A stretch of DNA of 64,000 bases from NCBI GenBank assembly GCA_026770705.1, contig JANJGN010000042.1, positions 992,001 to 1,056,000 of the forward strand, given 5' to 3'. This DNA comes from Isurus oxyrinchus (Eukaryota). Made by a program: the position numbers and the translations under genes. Shown here piece after piece: positions 33,310 through 44,380 of the stretch (positions are counted from its first letter, which is position 1; every line of letters starts with the position of its first letter). The notes beneath the pieces are model-generated. The model was given only the letters and a program-made list of their open reading frames with translations, was not told where the DNA came from and did not search any database.

Positions 33310-36300
33310 CACTGAACACACTGCACCTCACAAAGATCCCGCAAACTGCCTCCTCCCTGTGGCAGCACAGTGACCAACACTGAACACACTGCACCTCACA
33401 AAGATCCCGCAAACTGCCTCCTCCCTGTGGCAGCACAGTGACCAACACTGAACACACTGCACCTCACAAAGATTCCGCAAACTGCCTCCTCGCTGTGGCA
33501 GCACAGTGACCAACACTGAACACACTGCACCTCACAAAGATCCCGCAAACTGCCTCCTCCCTGCGGCAGCACAGTGACCAACACTGAACACACTGCACCT
33601 CACAAAGATCCCGCAAACTGCCTCCTCCCTGTGGCAGCACAGTGACCAACACTGAACACACTGCACCTCACAAAGATCCCGCAAACTGCCTCCTCCTTGT
33701 GGCAGCACAGTGACCAACACTGAACACACTGCACCTCACAAAGTTCCCGCAAACTGCCTCCTCCCTGCGGCAGCACAGTGACCAACACTGAACACACTGC
33801 ACCTCACAAAGATCCGCAAACTGCCTCCTCCCTGTGGCAGCACAGTGACCAACACTGAACACACTGCACCTCACAAAAATCCCGCAAACTGCCTCCTCCC
33901 TGTGGCAGCACAGTGACCAACACTGAACACACTGCACCTCACAAAAATCCCGCAAACTGCCTCCTCCCTGTGGCAGCACAGTGACCAACACTGAACACAC
34001 TGCACCTCACAAAGATCCCGCAAACTGCCTCCTCCCTGTGGCAGCACAGTGACCAACACTGAACACACTGCACCTCACAAAGATCCCGCAAACTGCCTCC
34101 TCCTTGTGGCAGCACAGTGACCAACACTGAACACACTGCACCTCACAAAGATCCCGCAAACTGCCTCCTCCCTGCGGCAGCACAGTGACCAACACTGAAC
34201 ACACTGCACCTCACAAAGATCCCGCAAACTGCCTCCTCCCTGTGGCAGCACAGTGACCAACACTGAACACACTGCACCTCACAAAGATCCCGCAAACTGC
34301 CTCCTCCCTGTGGCAGCACAGTGACCAACACTGAACACACTGCACCTCATAAAGATCCCGCAAACTGCCTCCTCCCTGTGGCAGCACAGTGACCAACACT
34401 GAACACACTGCACCTCACAAAGATCCCGCAAACTGCCTCCTCCTTGTGGCAGCACAGTGACCAACACTGAACACACTGCACCTCACAAAGATCCCGCAAA
34501 CTGCCTCCTCCCTGCGGCAGCACAGTGACCAACACTGAACACACTGCACCTCACAAAGATCCGCAAACTGCCTCCTCCCTGTGGCAGCACAGTGACCAAC
34601 ACTGAACACACTGCACCTCACAAAAATCCCGCAAACTGCCTCCTCCCTGTGGCAGCACAGTGACCAACACTGAACACACTGCACCTCACAAAAATCCCGC
34701 AAACTGCCTCCTCCCTGTGGCAGCACAGTGACCAACACTGAACACACTGCACCTCACAAAGATTCCGCAAACTGCCTCCTCCCTGTGGCAGCACAGTGAC
34801 CAACACTGAACACACTGCACCTCACAAAGATCCCGCAAACTGCCTCCTCCCTGCGGCAGTACAGTGACCAACACTGAACACACTGCACGTCACAAAGATC
34901 CCGCAAACTGCCTCCTCCCTGTGGCAGCACAGTGACCAACACTGAACACACTGCACCTCACAAAGATCCCGCAAACTGCCTCCTCCCTGCGGCAGCACAG
35001 TGACCAACACTGAACACACTGCACCTCACAAAGATCCCGCAAACTGCCTCCTCCCTGCGGCAGCACAGTGACCAACACTGAACACACTGCACCTCACAAG
35101 GATCCCGCAAACTGCCTCCTCCCTGTGGCAGCACAGTGACCAACACTGAACACAATGCACCTCACAAAGATTCCGCAAACTGCCTCCTCGCTGTGGCAGC
35201 ACAGTGACCAACACTGAACACACTGCACCTGACAAAGATCCCGCAAGCTGCCTCCTCCCTGTGGCAGCACAGTGACCAACACTGAACACACTGCACCTCA
35301 CAAAGATCCCGCAAACTGCCTCCTCCCTGTGGCAGCACAGTGACCAACACTGAACACACTGCACCTCACAAAGATTCCGCAAACTGCCTCCTCCCTGTGG
35401 CAGCACAGTGACCAACACTGAACACACTGCACCTCACAAAGATCCCGCAAACTGCCTCCTCCCTGCGGCAGTACAGTGACCAACACTGAACACACTGCAC
35501 GTCACAAAGATCCCGCAAACTGCCTCCTCCCTGTGGCAGCACAGTGACCAACACTGAACACACTGCACCTCACAAAGATCCCGCAAACTGCCTCCTCCCT
35601 GCGGCAGCACAGTGACCAACACTGAACACACTGCACCTCACAAAGATCCCGCAAACTGCCTCCTCCCTGCGGCAGCACAGTGACCAACACTGAACACACT
35701 GCACCTCACAAGGATCCCGCAAACTGCCTCCTCCCTGTGGCAGCACAGTGACCAACACTGAACACACTGCACCTCACAAAGATACCGCAAACTGCCTCCT
35801 CGCTGTGGCAGCACAGTGACCAACACTGAACACACTGCACCTGACAAAGATCCCGCAAGCTGCCTCCTCCCTGTGGCAGCACAGTGACCAACACTGAACA
35901 CACTGCACCTCACAAAGATCCCGCAAACTGCCTCCTCCCTGTGGCAGCACAGTGACCAACACTGAACACACTGCACCTCACAAAGATCCCGCAAACTGCC
36001 TCCTCCTTGTGGCAGCACAGTGACCAACACTGAACACACTGCACCTCACAAAGATCCCGCAAACTGCCTCCTCCCTGCGGCAGCACAGTGACCAACACTG
36101 AACACACTGCACCTCACAAAGATCCCGCAAACTGCCTCCTCCCTGTGGCAGCACAGTGACCAACACTGAACACACTGCACCTCACAAAAATCCCGCAAAC
36201 TGCCTCCTCCCTGTGGCAGCACAGTGACCAACACTGAACACACTGCACCTCACAAAAATCCCGCAAACTGCCTCCTCCCTGTGGCAGCACAGTGACCAAC

Positions 36301-37104
36301 ACTGAACACACTGCACCTCACAAAGATTCCGCAAACTGCCTCCTCCCTGTGGCAGCACAGTGACCAACACTGAACACACTGCACCTCACAAAGATCCCGC
36401 AAACTGCCTCCTCCCTGCGGCAGTACAGTGACCAACACTGAACACACTGCACCTCACAAAGATCCCGCAAACTGCCTCCTCCCTGCGGCAGCACAGTGAC
36501 CAACACTGAACACACTGCACCTCACAAAAATCCCGCAAACTGCCTCCTCCCTGCGGCAGCACAGTGACCAACACTGAACACACTGCACCTCACAAAAATC
36601 CCGCAAACTGCCTCCTCCCTGTGGCAGCACAGTGACCAACACTGAACACACTGCACCTCACAAAGATTCCGCAAACTGCCTCCTCCCTGTGGCAGCACAG
36701 TGACCAACACTGAACACACTGCACCTCACAAAAATCCCGCAAACTGCCTCCTCCCTGCGGCAGCACAGTGACCAACACTGAACACACTGCACCTCACAAA
36801 GATCCCGCAAACTGCCTCCTCCCTGTGGCAGCACTGTGACCAACACTGAACACACTGCACTTCACAAAGATCCCGCAAACTGCCTCCTCCCTGTGGCAGC
36901 ACAGTGACCAACACTGAACACACTGCACCTCACAAAGATTCTTCAAACTGCCGCCTCCCTGTGGCAGCACAGTGACCAACACTGAACACACTGCACCCTC
37001 ACAAAAATCCCGCAAACTGCCTCCTCCCTGTGGCAGCACAGTGACCAACACTGAACACACTGCACGTCACAAAGATTCTGCAAACTGCCTCCTCCCTGTG
37101 GCAG
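33310..37104. repeat. 68-bp tandem array (~56 units) carrying an RSS-like heptamer/23-bp/nonamer motif
   Basis: Unit cactgaacacactgcacctcacaaagatcccgcaaactgcctcctccctgtggcagcacagtgaccaa. The ORF track repeats every 68 nt; degenerate units flank both ends. Confidence 0.98.
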
Positions 37105-37280
37105 CTCAGGAACTGGCACTGAACATGTTGCACCTCACGGAGTCATCAGAAAATTACCACAGCCTACGGAATGTCATGTTCACAGTGAACCTCACAGACA
37201 GATCAACAACTGCCTCACAGCCTGTCCTGTACAAGATGAAACCAAACTGCCCCACTTCGCTCGGCCCTTCCCCAGACAGT

Positions 37281-37552
37281 AGTGGCGTCGTGGTTTTCTC
37301 ACTGGACTAGTAAACCAGAGATCTAGGTTTCAAATCCCACCACAGCAGATAGTAAATTCAATAATAACCTTGGAGCAGAAGTCGAAAGATGGCCATGAAA
37401 TCAGTGGCATTGTCATGAACACCTATTCTATTCACTAATGCCCTTGAGGGAAGGAACTGAGCTGCCCTCACTGAACAGAAATGGAGTTGACTCTTAAAAA
37501 TGCCCACTTAACATGGACAATTAGCAACGCCCACATCCCACGAGCAAAAAAT
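37281..37552 (+). mobile_element. HE1-like tRNA-derived SINE
   Basis: Pol III A-box-like tggcgtcgtgg (~37283) and B-box-like ggtttcaaatcc (~37326). 3' tail gcccacatcccacgagcaaaaaa is shared with HER1-like LINE ends (e.g. 41915-41940). Confidence 0.65.
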
Positions 37553-40039
37553 TAATGCCCACCTCAAAGTGCCCCAAGCCTGTGTGATCCCCGCCTCACC
37601 GGTCCTATCTGCCATGTTAACCAAACGGTTGCAGCAGACTGTTCCCTTTCATAGGCTGAACCACACATCAATGTTCCCTTCCCCAGATGTATATCGCCAC
37701 TTCCACAGTCCAATCCACACTGCTGCACCGTCACCAATACTGTACCAAACTGATCCACTGCCCGACCTCACAGGTCCCTCTCCCGACAGAGTAACGCTGC
37801 CCCACCACCCTAACCCGTGCTCCAGACCGCCCCAACTCACCAGTTCCCTGATTCAGGCAGTGCATACTACCCCAGCTTACTCAGCCTCATAACACAAATG
37901 ACACGGCCTTGGCTCACTAATGTCTCTTGTATACTGAAACACAGCCGCACATCAAATGTCTCTGCCCCAGCTTGAACCACCAGGAAGATCTCTGTCCCAG
38001 GCAGCAGATAAGACTCTCTACCTCAGCAGCCCCTGCCCTTGACTGGAGCAGATTTTTTTCACATCACCAGCCCAGACTAGACCGCACTGTATCACCTCAC
38101 CAGTCCCTGTCCCAGGATATCACAAACACTCCATCACATTGGTCACTCTGTTTGACTGAACTCGACTTCCTCAAATCACCAGTTGCTGTCCTAGTGTGAA
38201 CAACATGGCCAAATCTCACGGGCGCCTGCAGTAGATTTGAGCAACTTACCGGTCGATGGGCCAGGAAGTAACATCCACTGCCCAGCTGCCCAAAACGTAA
38301 AGGCAGTTCTGATGTGCTGGAAAGACGACATTTAGCCTCCATCCCCGGTAACCCAGCAAAAAGCGGTGCCGAGGGAAGCGGGATACAATGCTGCGACCCC
38401 ATTCAATAGGACCTAAGATTCAGTTGGATACATTTTATTGGAGACACATAGGGGAGAAACTGAGTAGGGAACATCCTTTCAGATCACTGCAGACAATTGA
38501 CCAACTGACTGTTACTAGTCACAGATGTTTTCCTTTTAAATATTTTACCAGTGCAGAACTACACTTTTCCAGAATAATTTACTTGACCTTTTCAAATGTG
38601 TGTCATATAATTTGTCCTAGCTGTATCCGAATTTTTCTTCCCCGATATTAATAACGTGTACAACACGGATTCTGTTACAATTTAATAGCGTCCTCATTTT
38701 CAAGCGTTAACTGAGTTCACCGCTAATTATCTTCTGTAATGAGGTTGTTGCATTGCTGTGATAGTGCATTGTGAAGGTGCAAATCCGTCACTTTTCAGTT
38801 ATAATGTTTCTCCAAATACTATGATCCTTTGCCCAAACACTATTTTTCAGCCGGTTCTCTCTTTTTTTCAGAACGTTGGCTCCACCAAATTTGAAAGCCC
38901 TGCATGGTTGCTACCGTGAAATGCATTCTTCTCCATTACAGTGTAACTGAGTGTTTAATTGAAGCTTGCCATTCCCAACCCATCGGCACACGCCTCCCTC
39001 ACCTGCCTGTAATATTGAGTAACCTTTGCATGCGTCATTCATGGCTCTAAGTGTAATGTCAGTGAGATTCTGCAGTGGCTCCAACCCTCACACCAGTATC
39101 GCAGTCCCGCTTACTTCCGTTCCTTATGCCTGTTATGGACAGAACGGAAATGTTGTCTTTCTTGGGAAGATCTAATTATTTCCTGAAGATACCTTTCCCT
39201 TATAAGGGTTGTAACTTATAACTGGTAAAACTTCAGCGCCTGATTGAACACACACCCCTTTCTGACATTGGGCTTTTCATCAAAACAGTCACCTGGGAGC
39301 AGCACAAGCAGAGTGCTGTAGTGCCACTTGTCTTTGTGATAATTTGTTAAACTGAGGACTAATGCAATGTGGATCTACAATTCTCCATGGTGGAAGGTTG
39401 GAGGTTAATCTTCCCCACCTAATAGAACAAAACAGGTTATTCCATAGTAATTCTACACCATTGACTCAAGAGAGATAGTAAATATGCTTGAAGAGGTTCC
39501 TTGAAAACGTGCGTGTGGCAAATTCAGTGATACTGGCATCAGTTCGCCCTGAGAACAAAACACTTAGAATATTATCGACAGTGTTTACATCATCTGCAAT
39601 AACTTCATCCTGATCGTACATTTAATTCTTTCTTCCTGACAGCACCACCGACATTGCTGCCCAGAGCCTGAAGATCACAGAGAACTCTACACTTTTCTGG
39701 AATATACTGCCGTTCAGTATGATTTCATTCGAGGTGCACAATAGTTTACGGTGAAATGTGAACCTGATGAACGCATAACGCAGTTAATTAGAGGCAGTGG
39801 TGTTGATGGAGAGTTATACGATTCCAATTGTTGGAGAGAAAGGCGTTCAGTGATGAGTCGAAAGCAGATTCGCAATAATTGGTGGGAAGTGGGGTATGAG
39901 GGGTTGGAACAGAGTGCGGCAGTGATACCGCAAGGTGTATGCCCCACGGGCCACATTGTCTTGGGCTGATGGCATATTTATATGTTCTGGGGGGCTGGGA
40001 AACAAAAAGAAAACAGAGAAATATATGCTTGTTTTGGCA

Positions 40040-40865
40040 TATCGCTTTTCATGACCACCGGACCCCTCAAAGCTCTCTGCAGGCAATGACGCACTTTTGT
40101 AGTGCTATGGATGTTGTAATGTTGGATATGTGATGGCCAATTTGCACATTGCATATGCCCAAAAAAACCCCAGCAGTTTAATAATGACTGTGTAACCTGA
40201 CTTTGTCACGTTTATTGAGGGATAAAAGTGGGCCAGGACAGCGGGGATACCTTACCTCATCTTCTTTAAAATGGTGCCATGCGATCTTTTAACTTCTCCT
40301 GGGATGGCACACGAGGCGGCCTTCATTTAATATTTCATCCTAAATATGGCACCTCGGACAGTACATCCTTTGCTCAGCACTCCAATGGAGTGCCAAGCGT
40401 TATGTTTGGTTTTGTTATTATTTCATGGGATATGGGTGCTGCCGGAAAGGCAATCAATTGCTACCCGCCCCTCACTTCCCTTGAACTGCATGCTTGCTAA
40501 GCCATTGCTGTAGCTCTTGAGTCACATGTAGATCAGGCTGGGAAAAATGCCGGGTTTTCTTTCCTGATGGACCTTTGTGAACCAAATGTGTCTTCATGAC
40601 AATCGATGATATTTGTCATGGTCACCATTCCTGAGTCTAGCTTTCAATTCCTGGTTGTATTAATCGAATTTAAATTCCACTAGTTCCAGGGTGAGATTGC
40701 AACCCATATATCAAGAACATTGGCTTGGGCGTCTGAGTTACTGGTCCAGTGAAATAAACAATATGTCACCATCTCACCATCAAGACCTGTGCTCAAGACA
40801 TGGATTAGGATATGAAAGGGACACCTTGTGATCGAGAGGAGAGAGCGCTCCAAACTGAATCATTG
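40040..40865 (-). mobile_element. Deu-domain-like SINE with a nested HE1-like SINE (~40418-40778, minus)
   Basis: Outer element homologous to 27170-27585; inner element is the reverse complement of the 37281-37552 type. Confidence 0.6.
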
Positions 40866-41039
40866 CCTGTGAACCTTTGGAAAAGAGTGTGGCAGCTCCT
40901 GGCCCTGCTCAGCATCTTGCAAGGCGCTGAGGATTGGGCATGTATGTCTCTGCCAAAACACCACTAACAGCCCGAATACTACTTACCTCAACTCACAACT
41001 ATTGAAACACATGAAATATAAACGGGCGATTTAGCATCC

Positions 41040-41940
41040 GTGTCGAAATACTGCAAGCCCTGGAAAATATCCGGGCTTGGGCTGATAACTGTAATTGTAA
41101 TTGTGCCACACAAGTGTCTGACAATGTTCATCTACAACAAGAGAGAACCTAACCATCGTTCTGTGGCATTTATTGGCATTGCCATCGCTGAATTCCCCAC
41201 TATCAACATTCTGGGGGTTACCATTGACCAGCAACTGAACTGGAGCAGCCATATTAATACACGGGCGGAACGGAGGCTAGGAACCCTGCGTGAGTAACTC
41301 GCCTTCCTGACTCCGAAAGCCCTTACACCACCTACAAGACACAGGCCAGGAGAGTAATGGAATGTTCCCCCCTTGCCTGGAAGAGTTCAGCTTCGACAAC
41401 ACAAAAGAGGCTTGACTCCATGCAGAACGAAGCAGCCCACTTCATTGGCGAACGATCCAAAAACATCCACTCCCTCCAGCAATGACGCACAATAGCAGCA
41501 GGGTGTGCTACCTAGAAGATGCACTGCAGGAACTCACCAAAGCTTCTTCAACAGTACATTCCAAAGCCATTACCATTACCATCATGAAGGGCAAGGGCAG
41601 CAGACACATGGCAACACAATCACCTGGGACTTCCCCGCCAAGTCACTCATCATTCTGACTTGGAAATATATCGCCGTTCCTTCACAGTCAATGGGTTAAA
41701 ATATTGGAACTGCACCCCATACCACCCCCCCAACACCCCACCCCCTCCAACACCCCCCGCACCGCCCCCCCCCCTCCCCGCCGGACCCCTTCATCCCTAA
41801 CAGCACGGTGGTGTTACATGCACCATATGGACTGCACCGGTTCAAGAAAACAGCTCACCGAAACCTTCTCAAGGGCAATTGCTGATGGGCAATAAATGCT
41901 GCCCTACAGAGCGATGCCCACATCTTATGAATGAAAAAAA
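41040..41940 (+). mobile_element. HER1-like LINE 3' portion
   Basis: INILGVTIDQQLNWSSHIN motif; YKTQARRVMECSPLAW region; 3' tail ending gaatgaaaaaaa. Confidence 0.78.
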
Positions 41941-42104
41941 TGCATGTTGCCAGGTAATGTTATAAACAGTACACAGTCAGTCCTGCCGCAGTTGCTGTAA
42001 TACCATTTCACAATGACGAAAACAGGGCTTAAAATCCAACTCCAGAAGCTTCAGCACCTTTTCTAGTCTGACGATCCAGTGCAGTACTGAAGGTTTGCAA
42101 ACTT

Positions 42105-42360
42105 CCCGATCAGAAGGAATCTCTTCTCTCAGAGGGTTGTCAATCTGTGGAATTTTTTACCTCAGAGGGCTGTACAAATTGAGTCGTTAAGTATATTCGA
42201 GGCTGAGATAGACAGATTTCCATTCAGTAAGGGAATCAAGGGCTATGGGGAAAAGGCAGGGAAGTGAATTTGAGGATTATGAAATCAGCCATGATCTCAT
42301 TGAATGACGGAGCAGACTCAATGGACCAAATGGCCTTTATCTGCTGCTACTTCGTATGGA
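42105..42360 (+). mobile_element. CR1 3'-end fragment
   Basis: FSQRVVNLWNFLP motif followed by a CR1 3' UTR. Confidence 0.7.
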
Positions 42361-42419
42361 AGTGATGCAAAGTCCTATTAACCCTCGCTGTTGATTTTTC
42401 AGTCCATTGAGTCTGTGCC

Positions 42420-44380
42420 CACTCTCCATGGAGCAATGCAGTCAGTCCCATTTCTCCCTTTATCCACCTAACCCTAAGCATAAGTTATTTCAAGGCCGCA
42501 TTGAGTTTCCTTTTGAAATCATCATTGGTCTCTGCTTCCAGCACCATTGTGGGCAGTGAGTTCAGGGCCTTGTCACTTGCAGCATTACAAAGACAAGCTG
42601 TTCCTATCATTTCCCCGGCGTCTTTTGCCCAAAATCTTGAACTTGTGCCCGATAGTTCCATTCCCATCAAATAATCTGGGAAAGGCCCTGGCCTGCCTCC
42701 TCCAAACGAGCTACAATTTTTCACAATGTTATCCCACCTCCGCTCAATCTTCTATGTGCAAAGAAGAACAACCCCAGTTTCCCCAAACTAACCTTGTAGC
42801 TAACATCCGCCCCCCCCCCCACCCCGCCACCACGCACTCTCCCCCTCCTGATCCCCAGCCCTAAATCCCTACAATCTTCCTGCTAATCTTCTCTGCACCC
42901 TCTCAAGGACCATGAAATCCTTGCTAAGATGTGAAGGCTAGAACTCGATGCTATACTTTAGTTGTGGCCCAACAAGACCTGTGCAATTTCCTTGTTTTTG
43001 TACACAATGTTTCTCTTTCTGAATGTCAAGATCCCACTGCTTCGCAATTCAGTCTCTCAATAAATTCATGTTACCTGCAAAGGCCAATGCACTTGCACCC
43101 TCAGGACCCTCTGCCCCTGCGCACTATTGAGAACTTCGCCACGGTATTGATATTGCCTTTCCCTACCCCTTCTGCCAAAACACATCCCCCCACATTTCCG
43201 CTTGAAGCTTTTATCAAATGCTGGGCAGCAATAATTTCAGAATCGACAAGTTGCACACTGTTCTCAACATTAATAAACACTGCACTAATCTATCTTTCTT
43301 TTTCTATTCTTTGATGCGATGTGGGCGCCGCTGGTAAGATTAACGTTTGTTAAGCATCCCTAATTGCCCCTGGACTGAAAGTTTCGCTCTGCAATTTCAG
43401 AGGGCAGTTAAAAGTTAGTCCCTTTACTGTGTGTATGGCGTTACAGGGTGGCAGGCTGCTGACTTTCTAGTCACCATTACTGATTTGTTAATTGAATTTA
43501 AAGTGCACCAGCTGCTGAGTTGCAATTTGAACCAATGTCCACAGAGCATAATCCTGAGCCTCTGGTTTATTGGTCAAGTGAGTTTACCATTACTGCAGCG
43601 CCTATTTCCCCGGCCCACCAAAGTCCATTATATTATGCCATCTCAGTGAGAAATAGGAAGGCATTCCATACTAATTATTAAAAATTCCATTCACAGATTT
43701 CCTTATTTATCACATTCACAGAATAATATAATCATGGAGTTGTAAATCCTCCAAACATGCATATGCCAGTTCGCTCTCTCTCTGTCTCTAATAGCTATTC
43801 AAGAATTCCCACTTACTTCTCCTTTACCGACACCACTGCAAATATTATTATCTAATTACTTTCTAATTACATGTCCAGTTTTCATTTGAATCAATGGTGC
43901 ACCTGCTTGCACTACCAGTTCAAGCCAAACCACAGCACATTATGTAACAAAAATAATTTGTTCTCCTGCTCTCTGTTTCTTTACCGTTTATTTTGAATTT
44001 GCATTCCAAGGTTGCAGACCCTCTTACAACTGAAGCGCTTAATCTTTTTCGGGCCCATCCAAAGCTTTAAACATTTTGAGCATCTTGATTATATCTCCTT
44101 GTCACATTTTTTATAGGAAGAACAGGGAAAGATTTCCTAGTCTCCCCACAAAACTGAAGTCCATAATCCTTGTTAAATCTCAGTTTCGAGACTTGGTATT
44201 GTTCCTAAATTGTAGTACCTGGAATGAAATGCAAAACTGCAGCGGATGCATAATCATTGATTTATTTAAAAAAGTGGAAAATCTTCTGTGGTCTATACCT
44301 TTATTAATAAAACCAAAGATCGCTTTTATCCTATAAACAAACTTCTCAACTTGTGACGGTTCTTTAAATATCCCTGCACC
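42420..44380 (-). mobile_element. Decayed CR1 fragments (minus) with an HE1-like SINE remnant at ~43310-43610
   Basis: Minus ORF 42485-42724 contains LNSLPTMVLEAETNDDFKRKLNA (CR1 C-terminus); further degenerate RT sequence follows. Confidence 0.5.

Noticed and set aside
33366-33406. Reading the array motif as a 12-RSS, or using the better nonamer ACAAAAATC/ACAAAGATC
   Set aside because: At 12 nt the sequence is CACACTGCA (no A-tract). ACAAAAATC lies at 25 nt, outside the 23+/-1 tolerance. Only the 23-nt register was kept.
33310-37104. CRISPR-like array
   Set aside because: Units are head-to-tail with no unique spacers, and the context is a vertebrate genome.
33272-37310. Dozens of 65-aa Cys-rich ORFs (MCSVLVTVLPQGGG...) on the minus strand
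   Set aside because: Artefacts of the 68-bp period, which is not a multiple of 3, so the frames cycle and stop; they use non-ATG starts and show no splice or domain evidence.
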